Below, in pieces: positions 33,995 to 47,284 of a DNA stretch of 64,000 bases. The position numbers were made by a program, and so were the translations under genes. The stretch is from Squalus acanthias (Eukaryota), in NCBI GenBank assembly GCA_030390025.1, contig CM059432.1, forward strand, positions 150,414,001 to 150,478,000. Reading direction: 5' to 3'. The notes beneath the pieces were generated by a model. It was given only the letters and a program-made list of their open reading frames with translations. It ran no database searches and was not told the origin of the DNA. Numbering within the stretch: the first letter of the stretch is position 1; every line of letters starts with the position of its first letter.

Positions 33995-36708
33995 TGACAA
34001 TTCGGAAGGATAGACAGAAAGGAAAGGGAGGTGGGGTGGCTTTGTTGGTAAAGGATGGGATCAGTGTAGTGGTGAGAAGTGATATTGGATCAGAAGATCA
34101 AGATGTAGAATTGGTTTGGGTGGAGATAAAAAATAATAAGGGGAAAAAGTCTCTGGTGGGCATAGTCTACAGGCCTCCGAACAGTAGCAATACTGTTGGA
34201 CAGAGTATAAATCAACAAATAATGGAGGCCTGTAAAAAAGGTACGGTAATAATGATGGGTGATTTTAACCTCCATATTGATTGGACAAATCAAATTGGCC
34301 ATGGTAGCCTTGAGGAGGAGTTCATAGGGTGCATCAGGGATGGTTTCCTAGAACAGTATGTAATGGAACCAACCAGGGAGCAGGCTATCTTGGATCTGGT
34401 ACTGTGTAATGAGACAGAATTAATAAATGATCTCATAGTAAAGGATCCTCTAGGAAAGAGTGATCATAGCATGGTTGAATTTCAAATTCAGTTGGAGGGT
34501 GAGAAAGTTGTATCTCAAACCAGTGTCCTGATCTTAAACAAAGGCAATTACAATGGCATGAGGGCAGAACTGGCTAAAGTGGGCTGGAAAAATAAATTAA
34601 AGGGTAAGACAGTTGAAATGCAGTGGCGGACATTTAATTTCATAACTCTCAACAAAAATATATTCCAGTGAGAAAGAAAGATTTTAAGAGAAGGGAGCAC
34701 CATCCGTGGCTAACTAAGGAAGTAAAGGATGGTATCAAATTGAAAACGAAGGCATACAATGTTGCCAAGATTGGTGGGAGACCAGAGGATTGGGAAATTT
34801 TTAAAAACCAGCAAAGGATGAGTAAAAAAAGAGAGATGAATTATGAGAGTAAACTGGCAAGAAATATTAAAACAGATAGTAAGAGCTTCTACAGGTATAT
34901 AAAAAGGAAGAGGGTAGCTAAAGGAAATGTTGGTCCCTTGGAGGATGAGACTGGGGAATTAATAATGGGGAACGGGGAAATGGCAGAGACTCTGAACAAA
35001 TATTTTGTATCTGTCTTCACGGTAGAAGACACTAACAACATCCCAATAATGGATAATCAAGGGGCCACAGGGAGGGGGGAACTAAAGACAATCACTATCA
35101 CTAAGGAAATAGTACTTGGTAAAATAATGGGACTAAAAGACGACAAGTCCCCTGGACCAGATGGCCTGCATCCCAGGGTCTTAAAAGAAGTGGCTGCAGA
35201 GATAGTGGATGCATTGGTTGCAATATACCAAAATTCCCTGGACTCTGGAGAGGTCCCAGCGGATTGGAAAACCGCAAATGTAACACCCCTATTTAAGAAA
35301 GGAGGGAGACAGAAAGCAGGAAACTATAGCGCAGTTAGCCTAAAATCTGTCATTGGGAAAATGCTGGAGTCCTTCATTAAGGAAGCAGTAGCAGGGCATT
35401 TGGAAAATCATAATGCAGTCAGGCAGAGTCAGCATGGTTTTATGAAAGGGAAATCATGTTTAACAAATTTGTTGGAGTTCTTTGAGGAGGTAACGAGCAG
35501 GGTGGACAAAGGTGAACCAGTAGATGTGGTGTATTTAGATTTCCAGAAGGCATTCGATAAGGTGCCACATAAAAGGTTACTGCATAAGATAAAAGCTCAC
35601 GGAATTGGGGGTAATATATTAGCATGGATAGAGAATTGGCTAACTAACTGAAAGCAGAGAGTCGGGATATATGGGTCATTTTCCAGTTGGCAAACAGTAA
35701 CTAGTGGGGTGCCACAGGGATCGGTGCTGGGGCCTCAACTATTTACAAGCTACATTAATGACTTGGATGAAGGGACCGAGTGTAATGTAGCCAAGTTTGC
35801 GGATGATACAAAGATGGGTGGGAAAGCAAGTTGTGCAGAAGACTCAAAGAACCTGCAAAGGGATATAGTCAGGCTAAGTGAGTGGGCAAACATTTGGCAG
35901 ATGGAGTATAATGTGGGAAAGTGCAAGGTTATACACTTTGGCAGAAAAAATAAAAAAGCGAATTATTATATAAATGGAGAGAGATTACAAAATGCTACAG
36001 TTCAGAGGGACCTGGGGATCCTTGTGCATGAAACACAAAAAGTTAGTATGCAGGTACAGCAAGTAATCAAAAAGGCAAATGGAATGTTGGCCTTTATTTC
36101 AAAAGGGTTGGAGTATAAAAGCAGGGAAGTCCTGCTACAACTGTACAGGGTATTAGTGAGACCACACCTTGAGTACTGCGTACAGTTTTGGTCTCCTTAT
36201 TTAAGGAAGGATATACTTCAGAGATGATTCACTAGGTTAATTCCAGAGATGAGGGGGTTGACTTATGAGGAAAGGTTGAGCAGGCTGGGCCTATACTCAT
36301 TGGAATTTAGAAGAATGAGAGGTGATCTTATTGAAACATATAAGATACTGAAGGGGCTCGACAAAGTAGATGCAGAGAGGATGTTTCCCCTCGCGTGGAA
36401 ATCTAGAACGTGGGGGCACAGTTTTAGAATAAAGGGTCGCCCTTTTAGAACTGAGATGAGGAGGAATTTCTTCTGAGGGTCGTAAATCTGTGGAATTCTC
36501 TGCCCCAGAGTGCTGTGGAGGCTGGGTCATTAAATACGTTTAAGGTGGAGGTAGACAGATTTTTGCAAGATAAGGGAGTGAAGGGTTATGGGGAGCGGGC
36601 GGGGAAGTGGCTTTAAGCCCAAGATCAGCCATGATCTTCTTGAATGGCGGAGCAGGCTCGAGGGGCCAAGTGGCCTATTCCTGCTCCTATTTCTTATGTT
36701 CTTATGTA
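33995..36708 (+). mobile_element. CR1 LINE ORF2 (APE + RT), 5'-truncated
   Basis: GGGVALLVK, VYRPP, GDFN, SDH, RT motifs and (ttcttatg)n tail; several stops and frameshifts. Confidence 0.95.
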
Positions 36709-37351
36709 ACAATAAGACTGCATATGATCACTGAGCTACCTTTGGTGGACTGGATTGAATTGGTTTCGAGAACACAAATGTGTGACACAAGTACTGGCCA
36801 CCCAGAGATAAGGTGCATTTGATCACATTGGCTAGTCGTACAGTTTGAGCTTGACTATTTTCTCCTGTAGCTCCATTGTGGTGCTGCAGGACTTCTCCGT
36901 TCCCCTGGGTGGAAGCAAGAAAAACCTTTATAGAATGAGTTGCGCCACCCAATTCCACACACTATACATTTTCCTTTCAGAAAATGCACACACTGTGATG
37001 AATTAGTCTTTATTTTAATATCATGTCCTTCGGTCTTAGGCTAGGCAACATTCCCATAACCACTGTGGGATACCACTGTCATCTCAGCAGCTAGCAGGTG
37101 TGAAATGGCAATTGCTCCATGGGAATTCTGGTTTCTTTTCATCTTAGAAGATGGTTCTCTGCCACTCAGTACCTTTCTCTGGCTGCAGTCAAAACTAAAA
37201 ATGTCCGTGGTTATTTGAGAGTGTGCAAGTTATATCCCACCCAATGTGCTGCCCCACAAACACAATATTGAACAAACAGAATATTGCTCCAATGAACTCT
37301 GACCTTAAAGGAAAATAAAGCTTGAAAAAAAACATTTTAATGTGCCTATTG

Positions 37352-38025
37352 CGCAGTACGGTAGCCTAGTGGTTATGCTACTGGACTAGCAAGCCAGAGA
37401 CCATGGTCAAGAAATTGGTATAAAACAAGTGGCTATGGGTGATGTGCGTGCGCTCATTCCGTGCCAGAAGTACACAGCCTGCCATATTGGTCAGGGCTCT
37501 TCCGTAAGCATCCAGCATATGCAAATCGGGGCCTAACACCTGTTTCAGGCCACTTTGTCAAATTTGATTGCAAATGACTGCAGCATGCGCCGTGCAAGCT
37601 GTAGCCCGTTTCTACAGGCGCTCAGCACTCAAACCTCAACAGGACCACTGGAGGCTGCCACCTGAAAGATAATTTTGAAGTTTTTTTTTTTACTTACCTT
37701 ACTGTGGAGCTATTAGGAGCAGGAATAGCCCTCCTGGCTCCACATTGAACCCAGCGGCCATTGCCAGCCATCACTCGCATCCCTATCCAGACTATCCAGA
37801 GGAACTTGGTCGGTGTCTAAACCATCCGATCTTGCTGCTCACCTGAGACTGGCCCACGAGTATAAATCTCACCATGGCAAATTGTGAAACTGATTTCAAT
37901 AAAACTGGTAATTTGTGCACTGGCACCAGAAAAATGATCAGGAAAACTGCTGTTGTTGAAGCAGATTTTTGAAAAGTATCCAACCAGCTCACTAATGTAC
38001 TTCATGGAGGGACCTGCCACCAATT
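37352..38025 (+). mobile_element. Old tRNA-derived SINE interrupted by a MITE-like block
   Basis: A-box-like gtagcctagtggtta...ctggactag at 37361. The body resumes at about 37850 (aaatctcaccatggca ... ctcactaatgtacttc). Confidence 0.5.
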
Positions 38026-38779
38026 AGCAAGTCAAGATTTTTGAGACCAAATTATTACAATGACAGTAACCACATTCGCATACAGACATGAAAAAACCTT
38101 CAATCGTCATTCAGTTGGATTCCACTACATGGGTAAGAGAAGTATACAACCAGAGAGACTCTTGGCAGTTTACGATCCTCTCCTCCTCTACCCAGATGCA
38201 GGAACTAAGTGATCTTTTGCTGTTTTCCTACTGAGCAATTCAACTCTCTCACACACTGACTTCATCAGTTGCATCGTTAAACTGCATTGCAAAGACTGCT
38301 CTGATTGTTTTTTAAATCCTGAGTTTCAGAGTCATTTTCTGGATGCCATTTTCAGCAATTTTTATGAAAGGCAAGTGTCTGCACAAATTGTGAATGCAGA
38401 AAGTCTTTTTTTTCTGGGCAGTCAGGAATATTGCATCCAGTGGTTCCTGCGTAGCCACATTTTTGCACATCTCAGCATCGGTCAGACAAAGGAAGATTCA
38501 GCACATTAATCCAAAGAGAAATAGATGATTTGGTTACCCATGGGAATGAAATACCTCCCTTGTGGCATCATAACAGTGCCAGTACTGCATGCTGAGAATC
38601 AGATTGCTAGAACATCTCATTATTTCTTCTGGCCTCCTGCTGCATATAATCTCCATAAAACTGCCTGGGTGAATCAATCAGGAATTAGTATGGCTAAAGT
38701 TCATAGAGATGTTCATGAAGTAGCTTACCCTGCTGCTGTGGTCAAATAGATTAGTGCAGATGTAGGAAGGGGGCACATT

Positions 38780-39673
38780 GCTTTTTTTTGTTGAAAAACT
38801 AGCATAATTGGAGTGTCTTAATAGTGATTGGATCTAACTGAAACCTAGCTCACTGACAGTGATTCTTTCTCCCTTATCAAAGCTGCCCCACCCAGTTACA
38901 CGTTACATCACATTCCCACCCAAACACCGTGACTCTCATCTTCAATTCCCCTTATTCCTTTGGCACCGTTTGAGTATCTCATAATCTACCACCCCTCTTG
39001 GCTGTCCTTCAAAGTCTTCATTATCTATCACCCTCCCAAGCTCCCCCACACCTCTCTGGTAATTTCCTGGTTGAAATCTTTTCCCCATTCTCCTCACTCA
39101 GTTTGCCACAGTATCACTGTCTCCATCAACCTGTTAAACAACAGCCTTGTTTCTGCTCACAAAGCCCTCAGCTTCACCAGGTCATTACAGTCACACTCCC
39201 CTGCCATTTCCCTTTGCAATACCTACCTGCACAATCTCAAATCATGTTTCAGCATAAATGGCAAGATCTAACTTGACCACCACAAGTAATATTGCTTGTC
39301 CCTCAATGGACAAATCCTCCTGCTATTCCAGGCTCTTTTTAGGTGCAAAGACGATGCCAAACTCTCTTCTCCATCCCAATTCACATCCTTTGACTCATAC
39401 CCTGCCCCTCCATCTTCAACTCTGACTCAAGTTCAATAAATTCAGAGATTTCTTCATCTCCAATACTGAGACAATTTGCTCAGCTGCCTCACTCTTCTCC
39501 TGTCCCTGGTCTGTACCAACCCTTTGCACCCCCACCACAGAACATTTTGTAAGTTCTTCTCAGCCCTCATCAGACTCGTATCCTCCAGCAGACTCTCCCC
39601 CTGATCCCTTGACACTCAGCTACTTATTATTTAACTGTCTCTCTTTGACCCAAAACTCACCAACATTATCAAG
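38780..39673 (+). mobile_element. Ancient L2 fragment (endonuclease region)
   Basis: C-rich; degenerate LTETxLT, IYHPP and xLLSGNF motifs; ends at the equivalent of LADIVN. Confidence 0.6.
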
Positions 39674-40749
39674 AGCCGCCATTTTTTGCAAGGATTGCGG
39701 TGCTAAGGTAGGGAATTTCTGGACTTCCACGTATTTCTATTCTATGTAATTTAGGTAAGGCGGACTTTGGAGGGATGAGGCAAAAATTGACCACAGTAGA
39801 TTGGGCAGAACTATTAACAGCTCAAACTACAAATGAACAGTGGGAAGTGTTCAAATAAGTATTTGGTAGAATACAAGACCTGTACATACCCCTACAGGGC
39901 AAGAGCTCTACTTGTGTAATTAAATAACCTTGGGTACAAAGAGAAGTGAGAGATAGTATAAAACTAAAAGAAAGGCCTTATACAGTTGGAAAGAACAGTA
40001 GAGAGCCCACAGACTGTGAGAGATATAAAGAACAGTAACGGAATAAAGTAGTAAGAGCTGCAAAAAGGGAATATGAGAAAAGGCTTGCGAGGGATATCAA
40101 GGGTAACACTAAAGATTTCTACAAATAAAATAAGAGAAAGAGAATGGCTGACAGTAATGTGGGCCCCTTAAAGTCAGATACAGGGTGATATTCTAACTGA
40201 AAAAAATCAGGACATGGCAGGCTTGCTAAATACCTAAATACTCAGTAGAGGATGAGGAAAACAAAAAATAAGTCAATGGAAGGAACTTATTAGATTTAAT
40301 AAAAGTAAAAAATGGTAATGGAGAAAATGATGAGAATAAAGATGATCAAATTTCCAGGACCTGACTGTTTCCACCTCAGGGTATTAAAACAAGTAGGTGA
40401 GGAAATTGTAGATGCTCTAGTCATGATCTTCCAAAACTTTCTTGATTCAGAAATTGTCCCCTTGGATTGGAAAATTGCCAATGCCACTCCACTATTTAAG
40501 AAGGGGAGAAGAGATAAACCAGGATATTATAGGCCTATTAGTTACTAGAATCTGTTATTAGGGACAGAGAGACTGAGCACTTGGACAAGCATGAACTGAT
40601 CAGAGAGAGCCAGCATGGATTTGTAAAGGGTAATTCATATCTAACAAACCTAGTTGATTTTTCTGAGGAGGTAACTAATGTGGTAGTGTCTATAGATGTT
40701 ATTTATATGGACTTCCAGAAAGCATTCAATAAGGTTCCACATAAGAGAC
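39674..40749 (+). repeat. Direct duplicate of 21360-22440
   Basis: Near-identical over about 1.08 kb, including the Harbinger-end/CR1 junction and shared disablements. Confidence 0.95.
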
Positions 40750-40875
40750 ATGACGCTGCGTGTGATGGGTTATGTCGCGGCTGCCATTGCAGCACAGGCA
40801 GAAATGACTCAACGTCTTAGTGCTGCAGCAGAAGCGCAGACCGCTCCCATGCCACCCAAGCTCAGACGGCTGTCA

Positions 40876-41355
40876 TGCCGTCTCAGCTGTGCTTCAGTTG
40901 GTAGCACATTCGCCTCTGAGTCAGAAGTTTGTGGTTCAAGTCCCACTCCAGAGACCCGAGTACAAAAATCTAGGCTGACACTCCAGTGCAATGCTGAGGG
41001 AGTGCTGCTATGTTGGAGGTGCCGTTTTTCGGATGAGACGTTAAACCGAGGCCCCGTCTGCTCTCGCAGGTGGACGTAAAAGATCCCACAGCACTATTTT
41101 GAAGAGGAGCAGGGGAGTTATCCCCAGTGTCCTGGGGCCAATATTTATCCCTCGATCAACATCACTAAAACAGATGATCTGGTCATTATCACACTGCTGT
41201 TTGTGGGAGCTTGCTGTGCGCAAATTGGCTGCCGCGTTTCCTACATTACAACAGTGACTACACTTCAAAACTACTTTATTGGCTGTAAAGCGCTTGGGGA
41301 CGTCCGGTGGTCGTGAAAGGCGCTATATACACACACACACACAAGTCTTTCTTTC
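40876..41355 (+). mobile_element. Deu-domain SINE, full length, inserted in the Harbinger Myb gene
   Basis: A box (cagttggtagc), B box (ggttcaagtccc), Deu core and tail with (ca)n expansion. Confidence 0.9.
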
Positions 41356-41947
41356 AAGTCTTGCTGCCACCCAAGCTCAGACTGCTCTCATGCAATCTCA
41401 GCTTGCTGCCACCCAAGCTCAGACCGCTGCCATCATGGCTGGGTTTACCGGGGCTTGCAGGATATCGCAGCAGCCCTGCAATCTGTGCTCCAACAGATTG
41501 CTAGGAATGCTGAGACGCTGCCCCACGGGAGTTGCAGTGGATCAGTGGAGCATGACTCTGCCGTCCCCTCTCAGCACGACAGCATTCCTGTTCCCACCAC
41601 TGCCCTTTCTGTTGCCTGTCAGCCAGTCAGCCGAGGTGGTGCAGTCCACAGCCGGGCTTTCTAGGGCCAGAACTGCTCGATGTCGTCCCGCAAGGCCATC
41701 GGAAGTATCCCCCATAGAAACTCAGCAGCCTTCCACCAGCTATGCTGCAGCCACTGGGGGAGCACTAGATCAGGAAAGGTCACCCAAACGACAGTTGATA
41801 TCATATGTGTAAATTGATTTGATAAATTTATTAATGTTGTTTGAAACCTTTTGTGGTGGCTCCCATTTAAGCTTTGTGCTGTGATATTTCGTGACAGAGG
41901 GATGGTATGATGGGGATGTGGTGAGCAACAGGGATCTGGGGTTTCAT

Positions 41948-43045
41948 TTATTGGACTCGGAGTCTGACGAGGCTTTCATGGACAGCGGAAGGGTGATCTG
42001 CTGCCTGCCTCCTCCCTTCCTCTTATTCTTCCTCATCTTCCTCCTCCTCCTCTCCCTTGTCCTCCTCCTGAGGTGGTCCTGCAATCCCTGGCGGCAAGGG
42101 CTGTGCCCTCATGATGGTCAAGTTGTGAAGCATGCAGCAGACCACCACAAAATGGGACACCCGCTTCACCGAGTACTGGAGGGCTCCTCCCGAGCGGTCA
42201 AGGCAGCAGAACTGTTGCTTCAGTAGCCCAATAGTCTGCTCGATGATGTTCCTGGTGGAAGCATAGCTCTCATTATATGAGTGCTGGGCATGAGTGGTGG
42301 GGTTGCAGTGGGGAGTCATGAGCCAGGTGGAGAGTGGATAGCCCTAGTCTCCGAGCAGCCACCCTCGAGTTTCATATGGTGGCTGGAAGATTGCTGGCAC
42401 ACTGGACTGTCGCAGGATGAAGCCATCATGACTGCTGCCAGGATAGCGGGCATCGACCATCAGGAAGCAGGGTGTGCTCGCACAACAACTGCACATTAAG
42501 TGAGTGGTAGCCTTTGCGGTTCCAGAACATCTCAGGATTGGTATGTGGTGCCCGCAAAGCCATGCGAATGCAGTCGATGGCGCCCTGCACCATGGGGAAG
42601 CCCGCTATCCTGGCAAAGCCACATGCGCATTCGTCCTGCTTCTCTCTGCTCAGAGAGAAGACAACGTAGTCCCTTCTCCTGGTGTAGAGAGCCTCTGTGA
42701 CCTTCTGGATGCAGAGATTGACGGCAAACTAGGATGTCTCCTGCTGCAGACTGGAAGGATCCGCTGGTGAAGAAATTGAGGGCCACGGTGACCTTGAGGG
42801 CCACTGGGAGAGCTGTGTTCGCCCTGCTCTCAGGCTGCAGGTCTGGTTGCAGGAGGTGGCAAAGTTCTGTGACAACTTCCTTGCTGAAGCGGAGCCTCCT
42901 AATACACTGCTCCTGGCTTAAGTGGATATAAGAGAAGTGCTCTCGGAAGACCCTAGGGTAGGTAAGGCCTCCTGCTGAGAGCCCTCCTCCTCCTCCCTCT
43001 GCGCGCATCTTCTCATCTTCTTCACTGCCTCCGCTCCCTCTCCTT
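41948..43045 (-). pseudogene. Harbinger (HARBI1-like) transposase
   Basis: RVFREHFSYIHLSQEQCIRRLRFSK, ALPVALKVTVALNFFTSGSFQ, RNIIEQTIGLLKQQFCCLD, CCMLHNL. Confidence 0.88.
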
Positions 43046-43589
43046 AAGATACTCGAAAGCGAGGGGGACTGTCAGTAGAGCCCCACGACTGTGAACAAGT
43101 GTTGTGAGCAGAAGCCTTTAAATAAGAATGAAGGCGTTCTCCACTTGCACCAACACTCCCTGTCACCTTAGAACCTTGAAAGATGTTTATAAAGCTGCTG
43201 GAGTTGCAGAAAGCTCCACAGAGCCAGTCAAACTGCAGAAACATGTCAGGTGCAAGTTGTTGATGATGATCCCTTTAAATATCACTGCTGGAGGCTCCTT
43301 CCTGCTTGTGAATGCTTGCTCAGTTGGTCGCACTTAAGGCATGCCAGTAAGTGGAGTGGCAAAGTTGAAACTCGCAGATTGGGCATCAAATGAGCGTTGC
43401 ACACTCACTGACATCACAATCTGCATCCTCTACAGAATTTTGGCGAGCGCCGACCTCGGCAGCGCTGCTGACCACATGAAGATGACAGCCGCTGCGGGAC
43501 CCACTGGCAGCGGGTGGAGGTGCGGCGGCCGCCATTTTTTCCATGAATCTGGTGGTAACGGGTGGCGCTAAACCCCGAATTCTTAACCC

Positions 43590-44045
43590 AAAGTACCTTA
43601 GCCCCGAGTCCATCTCCCTGCCTGACTGCTTACTCGGGCTAAACACGATTGAGCACATTCTTCTTGCCCTAGTTCACACTGAACTGAGGTTTAAACTTAC
43701 AGCCAGTCCATTACTGTCTAATTACTCCTCCGTAATATAGCGTCCACTCCTACCTCAGCTGCATAATTGCTGAAAGCTTCATTCTCGCCGCCTTCACCTC
43801 AAGGCTGGACTTCTTGCAGACCCCTCATGCTCTACTCAACACAAATTCCAACTGATCCAGAACTCCTGCACCAAGTCTCACTCATCTATCACCCTGTCCT
43901 CACAGCCTCCACCGGCTCCCCATCTGCAAAGAAAGTGACTTTAAGATCCTCATCCTCATTTACAATTCCCCCATGATCTTTCCTCATTTTACAGTATTTC
44001 ACTACATTGAAGGTCATATGTAAGTACAAGTTGCCATTGTTGCAT
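43590..44045 (+). mobile_element. Ancient L2 3' fragment (probable continuation of 38780-39673)
   Basis: Degenerate match to L2 24050-24200 and 27015-27300, with an L2-like tail tatgtaagtacaagttg. Confidence 0.55.
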
Positions 44046-44537
44046 GTAAGTACAAAGTCACACAGAAAAGTTGAAGGTGTCACACAAAGAAATCGAAGGC
44101 CTGTATAAAAATCTGATTCATTCACTGTGGATGTAACCAAGATTATACAAAATAGATCTGGTGATTACAAAGGCAGAAGCCTTCGGAATTGCAAAGGTGA
44201 CCTGGGAAGTCAAAATATAGTAGTGTAAGATGGAAGTAGAACATTACATTATACACACACACACACACTTTGATTTCAAAGATTGTTTCTGCTTTAAAGT
44301 TGATCCATTACTTGGCCCAGTCTAACAGTGCCACCCACACAAACACCACACACTATGTTGTTACTTTTCTCTCTAAGATTCTCCGTATGCTGTTTACCGT
44401 TCCCCTGTTCAAAGCATTACCGTATGCCATATTTGTTCTTATGGCAACAAATTGCAGTCATTTAATTGTACAGCAGCTGATCCTGGCTGTATCAGATTAT
44501 ACTATGTCTCCAATATATTCGTTTTGAGTACATTTGC

Positions 44538-45032
44538 AATAGGATAACTTAATTAGAAAGGGGTATATCAGTTTGCGCATACCTCAGAGAGGAAGATTTT
44601 GATTTGATGTGCTTTGTCCATGATAAGCTTTGTTTTCTATTTGTCTTTTTTCATATTATTGAACAAAAATGTTCCTTTATCTTAGAAGCATTTTTAGGCA
44701 ATGTGAAATGTATGATTGATGCAATTATCGGACCACGTTTACTTTGTGGGTAGGCCAATGTGCAAGTGAACAAAGGTGGAAGGCTAAAATACCGTCCTCC
44801 TCCCTCTAGGTGGGAGAGAAAAAAAGAACAGGAATTGTTTAGGGTGAGGGTGAGGAGGAAACAAGTGCACATTTCACATTCCCAAAAAAGATAAAGGACC
44901 ATTTTTGTTCAATATGAAAAAAGACAGACAAATAGAAAACAAAGTCTACCATGGACAAAGCACATCAAATCAAAATCTTTCTCTTGGGTATGCACAAGCT
45001 GATATACAACTTTCTAATTAAATTGTCCTATT
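44538..45032. repeat. Long inverted repeat (arms 44538-44711 and 44869-45032)
   Basis: The arms are reverse complements with scattered mismatches and indels. The spacer recurs in direct orientation at 45186-45314. Confidence 0.92.
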
Positions 45033-45349
45033 TATAGCCTAGATACACTTGAAAACTGAAAAAGGGAAAAATGGTGCAGTTGCCCCAATGGCACAGGACA
45101 GCAGTGTACCAAGATGTGGTAAGATGGGTAAACAAGGCTATGATTCTAACTGTCCCATGATTTAACAGACAATTTCCTGATCTCAGATGCAATTATCGGA
45201 CCACGTTTACTTTGTGGGTATGTCAATGTGCATGTGAACAAAGGTGGAAGGCTAAAATACCGTCCTCCTCCCTCTAAGGTGGGAGAGGAATTGTTTCGGG
45301 TGAGGAGGAAACAATCCAGACTGGTGGGAAAGAATAGATTTATTTAAAA

Positions 45350-45690
45350 AACCTCACTGTATCCCCCACTGGTTTGGTGAGTTCAGCCAGCAAGTAGCCA
45401 AGTCTGTCTGTGCCGAGTCAGGTGATTTAACCGGGGCCGCATTTAGAGTGTTACAATTGGCCGCAGCATCCTTGGGGAAGGAGGAAAATCAGCCAGGGTT
45501 TCTCCTCACAATTAAAATCAACTGATGTGTACATATGTGCTCATTGGGTGAGGTTCGGCTCAGCAATGATGTTCTCTGCAACACTCACAATCAAGGTTCA
45601 CACACGAATAATGGCTACGTTGGCAAAGAACCAGGGAACAACTAGTGCCCGAGCAATGAGGCAGTCCCTTCAGGAGCAGAAAGTGAAAGA
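45350..45690 (+). repeat. Old interspersed repeat (see 5800-6200)
   Basis: gaggaaaatcagccagggtt ... gaataatggctacgttgg ... ccttcaggag. Confidence 0.5.
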
Positions 45691-45984
45691 GGGCAAACAC
45701 ACTCAATTTTGTGGATTGTTCAGTTTGAGGACTTTTTTTTTAAAAAGGCACCACATCCTCAAATTGTTAGTCTTCCCTGACACCCACAGTGATGTACAAG
45801 TGCAGATATCACAGTGGCGATATCATGCTTGTCATCATAACATATGTCATTAGGAAATATAATCAGGCTTCAAAGAACATGCTTCTTCAGCTCTCAAGCT
45901 ATCGAGAACAGTTCCAATCAGCAAGCCTCACAAGGAGAGATAAAATAACCCTGTAAAGAGAGATAGCAGAGGCTTTTTCAATCG

Positions 45985-46170
45985 TCCTTAAATTGAAGGC
46001 TTTGAGGGGTCAGGAGGTGAGCCACTTTTCACAGAGTACCAGCCTCTGACAGGCTCTTTTAGCCATGTTGCTGACATTGCTGGTCCACGGTGATTGTGGG
46101 AGAACTCGGCGATGGTGGCGTTGATGAAGGTGAGGGAACAGGTGGTTGGGTCTTTTCTTGTCTGGCAGAC
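45985..46170 (-). mobile_element. Ancient fragment of CR1-clade LINE family B
   Basis: LTFINATIAE..., WTSNVSNMAKRACQRL..., HLLTPQSL match 62260-62430. Confidence 0.7.
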
Positions 46171-47284
46171 AGATCTGTAACCCTCTTCCATGACAGAAAC
46201 AACTGCATCAACAACCTCAGCAGCACAACTCAGCCCGAAGGAGGGGAGGGGCTTTCCTTGATTAATATGGACAGCAACCAATCAGATGGAACCAAGGCAT
46301 TTAGATTAAAATGGACAGTAGGGTCCAAGCCAATAATTCAAGCTCCAGCTGAATATTCCACTTAGTCCTGAACTCCCAAGAAAACATTTTTACAGGACTT
46401 ACAACAATGTGCAGGAATCGGAGTGAGAATGAGCAATTTGTTCAGTTATTTAATTTTTTGTGTTTATGTTAGAAATGTTACTTTTAACATATGAACATAT
46501 TTAACTAATGTTAAATTCTCAGTGGATGCAAAATGCAATGTGGCAGCTAAAACCAATTTCACAAAACTTCTTCAGCCCCTACTCGTTTCTTTTATTGGTA
46601 AATTATGCAGACACCACATACTTGATTTGTTTCCAAATGTCCTTAGTGCTTTCTGATTGGAAGTTTTATACCCACTTTCATTAAGTTTTATGCGTTTGCC
46701 TTCAGTTGTGATTTGTTATTTTCCACATATAAAATTTGAGCCTATTATCTGCATAAATCAGCATATATAAAAGGTCTGATTCCAAAATGTGACACTGGAA
46801 TTTCAACACAGGAAGTGCATCACTTGAGATGCTAAAACATCGCTTTACACACTTTATAGTCCCCAGTAAGTCAGATGATAAGGAAAGGAATTTTACACCA
46901 CATAATACGCAATGCATTATTCTGCTAAATTTCAGCTGTATCCCTTTAAAGTGATAAAGTCTAATTGTTGCTGAACTAAACACAAGCTTAGGTCATTCAG
47001 AGTTTAATTGTTTGGCCCAGGAACTTTGAAAATTGTGGCAGTGCTGGTCAGTTTCGACAGGACTGAAACACCGAAGATCAAGTAACTGGCTTTAACGTGT
47101 GTTGCAGCTGTTAAGGACAGGTGACATTTGGTGCATGGTGATGTGTTTGTTAATGTATTACTAATGCATCTCCTGTGGTGCTGCTTAGAAGTCAGAAGAT
47201 GCACTGTTTTAAAAGAACAGATGCATTATACCAGCAAAGGCACAATGTATTATTCTGCTGCTAAAATGTAGATCTCTGTCTCTA

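Larger units (their letters stand above)
40750..43589. mobile_element. Right part of a Harbinger element (Myb-gene 3' end, transposase, right TIR)
   Basis: AATQAQTA repeats and QQPSTSYAAATG on +, HARBI1-like frames on -, degenerate end gaattcttaaccc. Confidence 0.8.
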
